Of a stretch of DNA of 64,000 nucleotides, positions 40,212 through 50,073 are shown one piece after another. Under the pieces are notes generated by a model. That model did not search any database. It was not told where the DNA came from and saw nothing but the letters and a program-made list of their open reading frames with translations. The translations under genes and the position numbers were made by a program. Position 1 is the stretch's first letter; the number at the start of each line of letters is the position of its first letter. The stretch covers positions 1 to 64,000 of the forward strand of contig CAVRGP010000001.1 of the NCBI GenBank assembly GCA_963720755.1, read 5' to 3'. This stretch comes from an uncultured Chloroflexia bacterium (GTDB lineage: Bacteria; Chloroflexota; Limnocylindria; Limnocylindrales; CSP1-4).

Positions 40212-41402
40212 ATGGCGAGCGGCACGCGGCTGACCGTCGGGTTCCCACGGATGCATCGGGAGCCGAGTGAACGGCGCGACTTCCTGCCCCCGTTGATCGG
40301 CCTCCTGGCGGCGAACGGGGCGGAGGTCCACGTGGAGAGCGGGATCGGATCCGCGATGGGCTACACGGACCTCGACTACAGCATGTTGTCACCCGACGTG
40401 GTGATCTCCGACGAGGACGACTGCTACCGCCAGGATGTCGTCGTCGTGCTCCGGGCGCCGGAGGGCCGATACGACCGGTTGCGCAGGGGGGCCGTGCTCG
40501 TCTCCATGCTCCACTTCGCGACCCGCCCGGCGCGCGTGCGGATGCTCACGGAGATGGGGATCGACGCGATCAGCCTCGACCTCATCCGCAATGACGATGG
40601 CCGCCGGATGGTGGAGAACCTCCGCAGCGTTGCCTGGAACGGGATCTCGTCCGCCTTCGCCGCGCTCGAACGGACCTGGCCGGAGGTGGCCGGCCCTCGG
40701 CATGCGACGGTCAAAGTGCTGATCATGGGTGCCGGCCGGGTGGGGCGGCATGCCGTCGAGTTCGCCACGAAATACGGCGACGACGCCCGGAACGAGACGT
40801 ACACGCGGGCCGGATTGCCCGGCGTCGAGGTGGTGACGGCCGGTCGCAACCTGACCGGCGATCCCGAATACCTCAAGGCGCGTCTCCTCATGACCGACCT
40901 GCTCGTCGACGCCACGGCACGCCGGGATCCATCCGTGGCGCTCGTGCCGAATGCCTGGCTCGCGCTGCTGCCGAAGCACGCCGTGATCTGCGACCTGTCC
41001 GTGGACCCCTACCTCCTGGACGCCGATCCGCCGGTCGTCCGTGGCGTCGAAGGCATCCCCCAGGGCAACCTGGACCAGTGGGAGTTCGGCCCCGACGATC
41101 CAGCGTGGGAGACGCTTCCCGCGAGCGTCCCGACCGAGGAGCGTCGAACCGTCGTGTCGTGCTACTCGTGGCCCGGGGTTCGGCCCGAGCCGTGCATGCA
41201 CGTCTACGGGTCGCAGCTGGCTCCCCTGCTCGAGGCGCTGGTGACGGCCGGCGGGCTCGACGGCATCAGTCCATCAGGCAAGTTCCACGAGCAGGCCCTG
41301 TGGCGCGGGAGCCTCCGCGGGTGGTACGAGTCGGGCGAGGCCGTCATCCACGGCAGCGTCCCGTCTCCGGCCGCCGACGCGATCGAGCTGCCTGGCCGTT
41401 GA
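40212..41402 (+). CDS. AlaDH/PNT-family oxidoreductase, paralogue 2
   Basis: Same motifs as 38879..40018; AGGAGG SD. Confidence 0.75.
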   Translation: MASGTRLTVGFPRMHREPSERRDFLPPLIGLLAANGAEVHVESGIGSAMGYTDLDYSMLSPDVVISDEDDCYRQDVVVVLRAPEGRYDRLRRGAVLVSMLHFATRPARVRMLTEMGIDAISLDLIRNDDGRRMVENLRSVAWNGISSAFAALERTWPEVAGPRHATVKVLIMGAGRVGRHAVEFATKYGDDARNETYTRAGLPGVEVVTAGRNLTGDPEYLKARLLMTDLLVDATARRDPSVALVPNAWLALLPKHAVICDLSVDPYLLDADPPVVRGVEGIPQGNLDQWEFGPDDPAWETLPASVPTEERRTVVSCYSWPGVRPEPCMHVYGSQLAPLLEALVTAGGLDGISPSGKFHEQALWRGSLRGWYESGEAVIHGSVPSPAADAIELPGR

Positions 41403-41414
41403 GCCCGGGGCCGG

Positions 41415-41530
41415 TCAGCCGACCAGCGTGATCGTCCCGTGCATCCCGGCCTCATAGTGGCCGTCCGCATGGCACGCGAACGCGAACGGGCCGGGGCCGT
41501 CGAACGTAGTCAGCTGGAAGCGACTGCGGC
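41415..41530 (-). pseudogene. Cupredoxin C-terminal remnant
   Basis: FDGPGPFAFACHADGHYEAGMHGTITL (C-x4-H-x4-M copper loop) with no N-terminal part; abuts the Cu-ATPase stop. Confidence 0.55.
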
Positions 41531-43558
41531 CAGCCCGGTTCCCGAGTCGGGCCGTAGCCGAAGGCGGCGCAGCAGCTGGGCGTTGGCGGCCACGACGACG
41601 GTCGAGATGCTCATCGCGATCGCCCCGACCGCCATCGGAAGGTCGATGCCCCATGGCGTGAGCACGCCCATCGCGATCGGGATCGCGATCACGTTGTAGG
41701 CGGTCGCCCAGACCAGGTTCTGGACCATCTTTCGGTAGGTCCCGCGCGACAACTCGATCGCGGCCACGACGTCGCGCGGGTCACTCCGGACGAGCACGAT
41801 GCCGGCTGACTCGACCGCCACATCCGTGCCGGCGCCGATGGCGATCCCGACATCGGCGGTCGCCAGCGCGGGCGCGTCGTTCACGCCGTCCCCGACCATC
41901 GCGACCACCCGACCGCCTTCCTTGAACTGCCTGACGGCGTCGGCCTTGTCGGCGGGCAGGACCTGTGCCGCGACATCGTCGATCCCGAGGCGGAGCGCGA
42001 CCGAGTCGGCGACGGCCTGGCTGTCACCCGTGATCATGGCCACTCGGACGCCCAGCCGGTGCAGCGCCTCGATCGCTTCTTTCGACTCCGGCCGGACTTC
42101 GTCCTCCACGGCGACGGCACCGATCACTCGTCCATCGTCGATGATGTGGAGGACCGTCCGGCCGCCACGGGCCCAGTCCGCTGCCGCGGGCAGCGTGGCA
42201 AGACCGAGTTCGGCCACGAGCCCCGGGCCACCCACAGCGACCGTGCGACCCTCCACCTGTGCGCGCGCGCCGCGCCCGGGGAGTGCCTCGAACGAGTCGG
42301 CAGCAGGGATCTGCAGACCCCGGTCGCGCGCCCCGGCCACGATCGCACGGGCAAGCGGATGTTCGGAATCTGCCTCGACGGCGGCAGCCAGCCGAAGGCT
42401 GTCCGAGTCGGTCGAATCGGCGAGGACAGGCTCGCCACGGGTGAGCGTCCCGGTCTTGTCGAACACGACGAGGTCGAGACTGCGGGCGCGCTCGAGCGCA
42501 AGGCGATCCTTGACGAGCAGGCCGTTGCGGGCGCCCAGGGAGGTCGAGATCGCGATGACCAACGGGATCGCCAACCCGAGGGCATGCGGGCAGGCGATCA
42601 CCAGAACGGTCGCGGTGCGGGTCAGGGCCGCCACCGGTTCGCCGCGCACCCACCAGAAGGCGAGCGTGACCAGCGCGGCACTGACGGCAACGTAGAACAG
42701 GATCGCGGCCGCCCGGTCGGCCAGCGCCTGGGCGTGCGAGGCGGACGCCTGCGCGGCCGCCACCAGCCGCATGATCCCCGACAGGGCCGTGTCGTCACCG
42801 GTCGCGGTCACCCGGATCCGCAGAGATCCGCCCGCCGCCACAGTACCCGCGACCACGACGTCTTCCGGCTCCTTGGCAACCGCGCGCGACTCACCGGTGA
42901 TCATCGATTCGTCGACATCGGCGCGGCCATCCACGACGACACCGTCGACCGGGATCCGCGCTCCCGGCCGGGCGAGGACGATGTCGCCGACCGCGAGATC
43001 GGCGATCGGGACCTCCTCGGTCCCTCCATCGGTGACCCGTTCGGCCGTATCGGGCAGGAGGTCCGCGAGCGCATCCAGGGCGCCTCGGGCCTGGGCGATG
43101 GAGCGCATCTCCAGCCAGTGCCCCAGCAACATGATCGTGATGAGGGTCGCCAGTTCCCACCAGATCTCGACATCGAAGAGGCCGAGGGTCCCCGCCCAGG
43201 ACGTCACGAAGGACACGACGATGGCCAGCGAGATGAGCGTCATCATGCCGGGCGCCCGGTCCGCCAACTCGCCCCGGGCGCCACGGATGAAGACCAGGCC
43301 GCCATAGAAGAAGATGACGGTCCCAAGGATCGCCGGGAGGTACTCGACGCCAGGGATCGCTGGGATCGTGTAGCCGATCCAGCCGGCGATCTCCGGGCTC
43401 AACAGGACGGTCGGGATCGTGAGGGCGAAGCTCAGCCAGAACTTGTCCCGGAACATCGCGACCGAGTGGCCCTCGTGTCGGCCGTGGTCGGCCGGGTGAT
43501 CCGGGGAGCTCGGTCGCGGCCCGGGACCGGAGTCTGCGTGGTGACCGGAGTGGGCCAT
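41510..43558 (-). CDS. copB: P1B-type copper-exporting ATPase (CopB-like, CPH motif)
   Basis: His-rich N-terminus, TGES, CPHALG, DKTGT, SEHP, GDGVND, YN, MSIS. Confidence 0.92.
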   Translation of the reverse strand: MAHSGHHADSGPGPRPSSPDHPADHGRHEGHSVAMFRDKFWLSFALTIPTVLLSPEIAGWIGYTIPAIPGVEYLPAILGTVIFFYGGLVFIRGARGELADRAPGMMTLISLAIVVSFVTSWAGTLGLFDVEIWWELATLITIMLLGHWLEMRSIAQARGALDALADLLPDTAERVTDGGTEEVPIADLAVGDIVLARPGARIPVDGVVVDGRADVDESMITGESRAVAKEPEDVVVAGTVAAGGSLRIRVTATGDDTALSGIMRLVAAAQASASHAQALADRAAAILFYVAVSAALVTLAFWWVRGEPVAALTRTATVLVIACPHALGLAIPLVIAISTSLGARNGLLVKDRLALERARSLDLVVFDKTGTLTRGEPVLADSTDSDSLRLAAAVEADSEHPLARAIVAGARDRGLQIPAADSFEALPGRGARAQVEGRTVAVGGPGLVAELGLATLPAAADWARGGRTVLHIIDDGRVIGAVAVEDEVRPESKEAIEALHRLGVRVAMITGDSQAVADSVALRLGIDDVAAQVLPADKADAVRQFKEGGRVVAMVGDGVNDAPALATADVGIAIGAGTDVAVESAGIVLVRSDPRDVVAAIELSRGTYRKMVQNLVWATAYNVIAIPIAMGVLTPWGIDLPMAVGAIAMSISTVVVAANAQLLRRLRLRPDSGTGLAAVASS

Positions 43559-43633
43559 CGTCGTCCTTGTGTGGATACTCCCCCGTAGTATGGACGTCTC
43601 GTCAAGGAACGGCCCGGGTTCGACCGAGACGGT

Positions 43634-44786
43634 TCAGACCGACGTGTCGACCGAGAAAAGTGCCGGTCCGAGGCTGGCCACGTCCACCTCGATGCCCAGC
43701 CCAGGCCCGTCGGGGACCGGACCGACCCCGTCATGCGACCGCGGCTGGTAGCCGGCGACATGCTCCATCGTCCAGTCGTTCATGTACGAGACCGCGAACA
43801 ACGCCTCCGCTGGCGTCCCGGCGGCGAGCTGGGCGACAGCGGCGGTCACGATATCGCCGCCCCAGGCGTCCTCGATCATGAGTCGGATCCCGAGGCGGAC
43901 GGCGGCGTCCCGCATGAGCCTGCGCCGGGAGCAGACCGCCGACTCGGCTGATCTTGAGGTTGATCTGGTCCATCGCGTCCAGGCTCACCGCGCGGACGAG
44001 GGTCGGAAGGTCGACGATCACCTCATCGAGCACCATCGGCAGCGTCGTCAACCGCCGGACCGCCAGGCACTCCTCGAACGTCGGGCACGGCTGCTCGAGC
44101 CGGAATCGCTCCGAACCTTCGAGCGCTCGCGCGGCGATGATCGCGTCCTGCCGCCGCCACGCCCCGTTGGCGTCCCCGATCACGGCGTCACCTGGCCCCG
44201 TCGCCTTCAAGATCGCCGACGATCCGCGCAGCGTCATCGGCCGGATCCGCGCCGAGCTTCGCCTGGAAGTTCCGGATCCCGCTCGGTCCGCTCACGGGTC
44301 ACGAACTCGGCCATCGCTTCCGGCGGGCCGAGCGGGATCGCGACATACAGCGGCAGCTCATCCAGCAAGGCGCCGCCCAACAGGGCGGCGATCGGCTTGC
44401 CGACGAGACGTCCGAACACATCCCAGCAGGCGATGTCGAGCGCGCTCTTCGCGTACCCGTGACCCCGCAGCCGGTCATCCATCCGCCGATGGATCTCGGC
44501 GAGATTCGTCGCGTCGGCACCGATGAGCGCCGGGGCGATCTCCCGGATCGCGACGCGAGCGCCTTCGCCGAACGCGGGCAGGTACGTGCTCCCGAGCGGG
44601 CAGACCTCGCCGAACCCGATCGCTCCGTCCCGGGTCGTGATCCGAACCACGGTACTCGGAAGGCGGTTGACGATCGCGTCCGGAGGACATGACGTAGTCC
44701 CCGTGGGCGTAGGTCAACTCGTAGGCGAAGACGTCGATCCGCTCGATCGTCGCCCCTCCCCCATCAACCACAGGCGTGCTCCTCAT
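43634..44786 (-). CDS. Mandelate racemase/MLE family (hydroxyproline-betaine epimerase / cis-3-hydroxyproline dehydratase-like), several frameshifts
   Basis: GFGEVCPLGSTYLPA, YAKSALDIACWD, DANG, EQPC, LDE, INLKIS, EDAWGGDI across four ORF pieces. Confidence 0.8.
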
Positions 44787-44847
44787 GTCGGGCTTCACGA
44801 ATCGCGATCGCTACACGATACCCGCGCGTTCGGCGACGGCGGCGTCG

Positions 44848-45474
44848 TCAGTCGCCGGTCTCGACCCAGGCAGCCGTGAGGTAGTGGTCGAACACGGGGG
44901 CGATCGCGCGGACGAGCTGTTGCCGCGATGCCGTCGTCAAGGGACGGATCTGAACGATGTGCCGGCCCATCGCGAGTCCCACGAACTGGGTGGCCATGAG
45001 GCTCGCTCGAAGCTCTGGGTCCTCCCCGCCCACGCGCTGAGCGAGGGGCATGAGGATCCGGTCCGTCAGGATCTCCCGGATGAGCTGCGCCGCTTCCGGT
45101 TCCGATGCGGCGGCGCGGATCAGCCCGACCATCGCGCCCTGGGTCGCCGGCTCCTCCATGATGGCCAGGAGGGCGACCGCGGCCCGCTCGCCCACCGTTT
45201 CAGGACCTCCAGCGAACAGGTGCTCGAAGAGCGCGTCCGGGTCCACCGGCAGTCGAACCGATTCGATGAAGAGCTGCCGCTTCGACCCGAAATAGTGCAG
45301 GACCAGCCGGGGGTCGACGCCGGCGATACGGGCGACGCCACGAAGCGTCGTGCGGCGGTAGCCGAGCGCTCCGAACTGCTGCCGCGCAGCATCCTCGATG
45401 GCTTCACGAGTGCCGCTGCCGGCCGAGCGCGGTCCGCGGCGCGCCTTGCTCGATCCGGGGCTTGCGATTTCCAC
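44848..45474 (-). CDS. TetR family regulator
   Basis: TREAI..AA...F...GY..TTLR.VA..AGVDP.LV.HYFGSK. Confidence 0.9.
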   Translation of the reverse strand: MEIASPGSSKARRGPRSAGSGTREAIEDAARQQFGALGYRRTTLRGVARIAGVDPRLVLHYFGSKRQLFIESVRLPVDPDALFEHLFAGGPETVGERAAVALLAIMEEPATQGAMVGLIRAAASEPEAAQLIREILTDRILMPLAQRVGGEDPELRASLMATQFVGLAMGRHIVQIRPLTTASRQQLVRAIAPVFDHYLTAAWVETGD

Positions 45475-45491
45475 GACCGTAGAATACCTTA

Positions 45492-45507
45492 TTCCCCAGT
45501 TGGGGAA
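45492..45507. promoter_or_regulatory. TetR operator palindrome
   Basis: TTCCCCA-GT-TGGGGAA between divergent tetR and MFS genes. Confidence 0.7.
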
Positions 45508-45533
45508 ATCAGCCAGCACAGGAGACCGTCCGC

Positions 45534-47108
45534 ATGACCCAATCACCAGAACGCCATCAGCCGAGCGGGGAGCTGTCGCCCGCGCGGACGCGTCTCATCC
45601 TTGCCGTCGTCGGTCTGGCGCTCATGGCCGTGATCTCGGCGGTCGCCGGCCTCAACGTGGCGCTGCCCAGCCTGGCGCGCGACACCGGGGCCAGCCAGAC
45701 CCAGCTCACCTGGATCGTCGACGCCTATACGGTCGTGTTCGCAGGCCTGCTGCTCTTCGCCGGTGCCCTGGGCGACCGGTTCGGCCGCCGCAGGCTGCTG
45801 TCGATCGGTCTCGTCATCTTCGGCACCGCGGCCGCCCTCGGCCTGTTCGCCACCGACCCGGACCACCTGATCGTCGTCCGCATCCTCATGGGGATCGGGG
45901 CGGCGGCCATCATGCCGACCACCCTGTCGGTCATCACGACGTCGTTCCCGGAGGCGGAGCGGCCACGCGCGATCGGCGTCTGGGTCGGTATCGCCGGTGG
46001 CGGCGCGGTCCTCGGCCTGTTCGTGACCGGCCTGCTGCTCGAGTGGTTTCCCTGGACTTCGTTCTTCGGGCTCAACGTCGCGCTCGCGGCCGCGTCCCTG
46101 GTCGGCGTCCTGCTCGTGGTCCCCTCGTCAGTGGACGAGGATCCTCCGGCACTCGACGTGATCGGTGCCGCCGCCTCGCTCGTTGCCGTCGCGGCCATCG
46201 TCTTCGGCATCATCGAAGGCCCGACCCGGGGTTGGACCGACCCGGTCACGCTGGCCGCGCTCGCCGTCGGGCTACTTGCCGGCGTCACGTTCGTGCTATG
46301 GGAATCGCGAGTGGAGCATCCGCTCCTGGACCCACGGCTCTTCCGACTGCGTGGCTTCAGCGCCGGCAGTCTCACGATCACCGTCCAGTTCATGGCGTCC
46401 TTCGGATTCTTCTTCATCGCCTTGCAGTACCTGCAATACGTGACGGGGCGCTCGGCGCTCGAGGCGGCCCTCGCGTTGTTGCCGCTCCCCATCGTCCTGC
46501 TGCCGACCGCCCGAAGGGCGCCGATCCTGGCCGAGCGCATGGGTGGCTTCAGCCGGCTGGGCCCCATCGGCCTGATCTCGATGGCGATCGGCTTCGTCGT
46601 GTTCAGTCGACTGCAGGTCGACTCGCCGTACTGGATGTTCGCGCTCGGCCTTGTCCTGTTCGGGTTCGGCATGGGATTGGCCGGGACGCCCGCGACGACA
46701 GCCATCACGGCGTCACTACCGATGTCCAAGCAGGGTGTCGCGTCGGCCGTGAACGACACGGCGCGCGAGCTCGGGAGTGCCCTCGGCATCGCGATCTTCG
46801 GGAGCCTGCTCAACCAGGGCTACCGGGACGGCATGGCCGAGGCTGTCGCGGGCTTGCCGCCGGCCATCGCCGACCGAGTGCTGGCGTCGATCGCGTTCAC
46901 CGGATCGCCTGAGATCGCCCAGTTCGGAGAGGCGGGCAAGCAGCTCGTCGCGCAGGCCCGGCAGGCCTTCGTCGGCGGGGTCAGCGATGCCGTGCTCGTC
47001 GGCGCCGTCATCCTTGTCGCGGGGGCGGTCGGCGTGGCCATCCTCGCTCCCCGAGCTCGACGAGAAGCCGACACCGATCGCGCCGAGGGCCTGGCGACCA
47101 GCGCCTAG
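45534..47108 (+). CDS. MFS efflux transporter (DHA2 type)
   Basis: NVALP, LTWIVDAY, GALGDRFGRRR, PLLDPRLF, GVASAV. Confidence 0.92.
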   Translation: MTQSPERHQPSGELSPARTRLILAVVGLALMAVISAVAGLNVALPSLARDTGASQTQLTWIVDAYTVVFAGLLLFAGALGDRFGRRRLLSIGLVIFGTAAALGLFATDPDHLIVVRILMGIGAAAIMPTTLSVITTSFPEAERPRAIGVWVGIAGGGAVLGLFVTGLLLEWFPWTSFFGLNVALAAASLVGVLLVVPSSVDEDPPALDVIGAAASLVAVAAIVFGIIEGPTRGWTDPVTLAALAVGLLAGVTFVLWESRVEHPLLDPRLFRLRGFSAGSLTITVQFMASFGFFFIALQYLQYVTGRSALEAALALLPLPIVLLPTARRAPILAERMGGFSRLGPIGLISMAIGFVVFSRLQVDSPYWMFALGLVLFGFGMGLAGTPATTAITASLPMSKQGVASAVNDTARELGSALGIAIFGSLLNQGYRDGMAEAVAGLPPAIADRVLASIAFTGSPEIAQFGEAGKQLVAQARQAFVGGVSDAVLVGAVILVAGAVGVAILAPRARREADTDRAEGLATSA

Positions 47109-47131
47109 CGCCTGGCGCCTTGGCTGGACGA

Positions 47132-48358
47132 TCAGGCGCGGCCGTGGGCCAGGGCGATCAATCGATCGAGGATCCGCTCGCCGTCGGCACGCAAGCCGTT
47201 GTGCTGGTACTCGTTGGTGATCCAGGGTCGGAGGCCACGGATGGCCGCGGCCGTTTCCTCGGCATAGGAACGCTCGACGTACAGGTCGTCCGTGTAGATC
47301 GTGGCCGATACGGGCACCTCGTTTCGGGCCAGCTGGTCCGGGTCGAACATCCGCGGCCACGGGTATTCGGCCAGTAGTTCGGCCGCCGCCCGGTGCGACC
47401 CCAGCGCCCCGTAGTCCTCGAACATCCACGGGAAGACGTGCTCGGCCGTGAACAGCTCACCGGCGCGCACCTCCTCGGGCAGCAGCCGATCCGCCGACCA
47501 GCGGGTCGCTCCCCCATCCGCGTACGAGGATTCGTGGAGCGTGGCGTAGATGGGATTGCGAGCGAACCGGACCCCGTGGTCCACGTCCTCGAGGAATGCC
47601 CGTGAGCCGAACGGCAGCTCCAGGACGTGGTGGAGCAGCTCGAACCCGGCGCTGTCGCCAAGCCACAACCCCAGCTGGCGGAAGCGTCGAACCGTCAATC
47701 GGTCGCCCGACGGCAGACGGACGTCCTCGCCCTCGATCCGGCGGTGGATCTCGCGCACGCGAGCGCGATCATCGGGATACCGCTCGAAGAACCGACGGTT
47801 CTGCTCGAGCAAGCGGACATAGGTCGCGCCGTAGATGTCATCGACCGGTCGGCCGATGGGGGCCAGGCCGCCGGTGATGAACGCGGCCGACAGTCCTTCC
47901 GGTGCGAACGACAGGTAGGTCATCGAGGTGAAGCCGCCGAAGCTCTGGCCGAGCACGCTCCACCGCTCACCACCGAGCTCGGCCCGGATCAGCTCGGCGT
48001 CCCGGACGATCGCGTCCGCCCGGAAGTGGGTCAGATAGGCGGCTTGCGCGTCCGGTGTCTCGCCCGGGATGTCGCCGACCGGTGTCGACCGTCCGGTGCC
48101 TCGCTGATCGAGCAGGAGCACGCGGTAGTCCCTGATCGCTCGGGCCATCCAGCCGGTCGGCGGGCTCGTCGGACGAGCCGCTTCGAACCCGGGGCCACCC
48201 TGGAGGAAGAGGAGATAGGGCTTGTGCTGCCCGCCATCGGGATCGGCGACCTCGCGGGTGAAGATGGCGATCTGGGCGCCACTCGGATCGCCATGATCGA
48301 GTGGGACGCGGTGCTCTCGCTCGGTCAGGACGGCCCCGGGGACGCGGTAGGTCTGCAT
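47132..48358 (-). CDS. Proline iminopeptidase-like alpha/beta hydrolase
   Basis: LQGGPG, DQRGTG, GQSFGG nucleophile, DDLYV, HNGLR. Confidence 0.88.
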   Translation of the reverse strand: MQTYRVPGAVLTEREHRVPLDHGDPSGAQIAIFTREVADPDGGQHKPYLLFLQGGPGFEAARPTSPPTGWMARAIRDYRVLLLDQRGTGRSTPVGDIPGETPDAQAAYLTHFRADAIVRDAELIRAELGGERWSVLGQSFGGFTSMTYLSFAPEGLSAAFITGGLAPIGRPVDDIYGATYVRLLEQNRRFFERYPDDRARVREIHRRIEGEDVRLPSGDRLTVRRFRQLGLWLGDSAGFELLHHVLELPFGSRAFLEDVDHGVRFARNPIYATLHESSYADGGATRWSADRLLPEEVRAGELFTAEHVFPWMFEDYGALGSHRAAAELLAEYPWPRMFDPDQLARNEVPVSATIYTDDLYVERSYAEETAAAIRGLRPWITNEYQHNGLRADGERILDRLIALAHGRA

Positions 48359-48448
48359 ACGGCCATGCTATCGCCCCGGATCGGTGTCGATGCTGGTCCC
48401 GCGACCTGCTGGTCGAACCGGGTGAGGGGCCGCGCTACAGTACGGCGG

Positions 48449-49657
48449 ATGGAGACCTACGACCTGGAGGAGGCGGCCCGGCGGAGCGGGCTCGATGCGG
48501 CATCGCTGCGCCAACTCGTGGATCTCGGGATGCTGACCCCCGACCCGGATGGCCGGTTCACTTCCGCGCATCTGCGCCGGGCTGGCTTGCTGGCCAGCAT
48601 CGTGGCATCGGGCATCCCGGTGGAGGGCCTGGCCGCCGCGATGCGGAGCGGCGAGGTCTCCATCGACTTCATCGATGCGCCCGCGTTCGACCGCTTCTCC
48701 GCACTGAGCGGGATGACCTTCGGTGAACTGGCCGAGCGCATCGACGCGCCGGTCCAGATGCTCCTGTTCATCCGGGAGGCATCGGGGTCGATGATCCCGA
48801 CGCCGGACGACCGGATCCGCGACGAGGAATTGCCCTACGCCGAATGGATCAAGGCCGCCATCGGGGCCGGCTTCGAACCCGACGCGATCCAGCGCATGAT
48901 CCGGGTCCACGGCGACAGCATGCGGCGTCTCGCCGAGACCGAGGCGGCCATGTGGCAGAGCCAGGTCATCGAGCCGGCCACTCGACGGGGCCTGCGACCG
49001 GACGAGATCCTCGGTGCCGAATTCGGCGATCGGATGAGCGCCTTGACGGAGCGATCGGTGGTCGCGATGTATCACCTGCAGCAGACGCGGGCCTGGACCG
49101 ACAACATCATCGGTGGCGTCGAGATGCAGCTGTCGGCCGCCGGTCTGCACAGTCGCCTCGAACATCCACCCGCGATGTGCTTTCTCGACATCACGGGCTA
49201 CACGCGCCTGACCCAGGAGCGCGGAGACGCCGCGGCCGCCGATCTCGCGGAACGGCTCGGTCGGATCGTCCATCGGGCGTCGGTGCAGCAGGGAGGACGA
49301 CCCGTCAAGTGGCTGGGCGACGGGGTCATGCTCCACTTCCCGGAACCCGGCCGCGGCGTCGTGGCCGCGCTCGGGATGGTCACCGCGGTGTCCGAGGCCG
49401 GGCTGCCGCCGGCGCACGTCGGCCTGCACGCCGGTTCCGTGATCTTCCAGGAGGGCGACTACTACGGGCAGACGGTGAACATCGCTTCGCGGATCGCCGA
49501 CTATGCCCGGCCGGGCGAGGTGATCGTCAGCCAGGAGGTCGTGGACACCTCGGACGCGGCCGACGTCGACTTCCAGGAGATCGGGCCGGTGGAACTGAAG
49601 GGCGTCTCCGGTGCTCTGCGGCTCCACGTGGCGACCCGAGGGAGCAGCGATCGATGA
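48449..49657 (+). CDS. Class III adenylate cyclase with N-terminal MerR-like HTH/regulatory domains (copy 1)
   Basis: FLDITGYT, VKWLGDGVM, GDYYGQTVNIASR; N-terminus YDLEEAARRSGL. Confidence 0.88.
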   Translation: METYDLEEAARRSGLDAASLRQLVDLGMLTPDPDGRFTSAHLRRAGLLASIVASGIPVEGLAAAMRSGEVSIDFIDAPAFDRFSALSGMTFGELAERIDAPVQMLLFIREASGSMIPTPDDRIRDEELPYAEWIKAAIGAGFEPDAIQRMIRVHGDSMRRLAETEAAMWQSQVIEPATRRGLRPDEILGAEFGDRMSALTERSVVAMYHLQQTRAWTDNIIGGVEMQLSAAGLHSRLEHPPAMCFLDITGYTRLTQERGDAAAADLAERLGRIVHRASVQQGGRPVKWLGDGVMLHFPEPGRGVVAALGMVTAVSEAGLPPAHVGLHAGSVIFQEGDYYGQTVNIASRIADYARPGEVIVSQEVVDTSDAADVDFQEIGPVELKGVSGALRLHVATRGSSDR

Positions 49658-50072
49658 ACGACGCGGAACGAGGGCCGGGTTTCCCGAGGCCGGAGGCCGA
49701 GATGACCCACATCCTGGTCGTTGAGGACCTCGAACGTTCGCGCCAGTGGTGGGTCGCGATCCTCGGCGCGAGCCGTACCGCGACTATGGCGGCACGTCGG
49801 CCGTGCTCAGGTTCGGGTCAGGCTGGTTGCTGCTGGTGACCGGCGGCGGTCCGACCCCGGACAAGCCCGACGTGACGTTCGCGCCACCGGCAGACCTTCG
49901 GTCGGTCAGCCACGCGATGACCATCCGCGTCGCCGACTGCGAGTCGGTCTATCGCACCTTGCTGTCGCGAGGCGCCGAGTTCCTGACCCCGCCGGTCGTC
50001 AACGGCCTCGAGACGCGATGTTTCACGCGCGACCCCGACGGGCACCTGGTGGAGTTCAGCCAATACGGCTGA
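49654..50072 (+). CDS. VOC/glyoxalase family protein, frameshift near 49770
   Basis: THILVVEDLERS...; IRVAD, GAEFLTPP, RDPDGHLVEF. Confidence 0.8.
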
Positions 50073-50073
50073 G

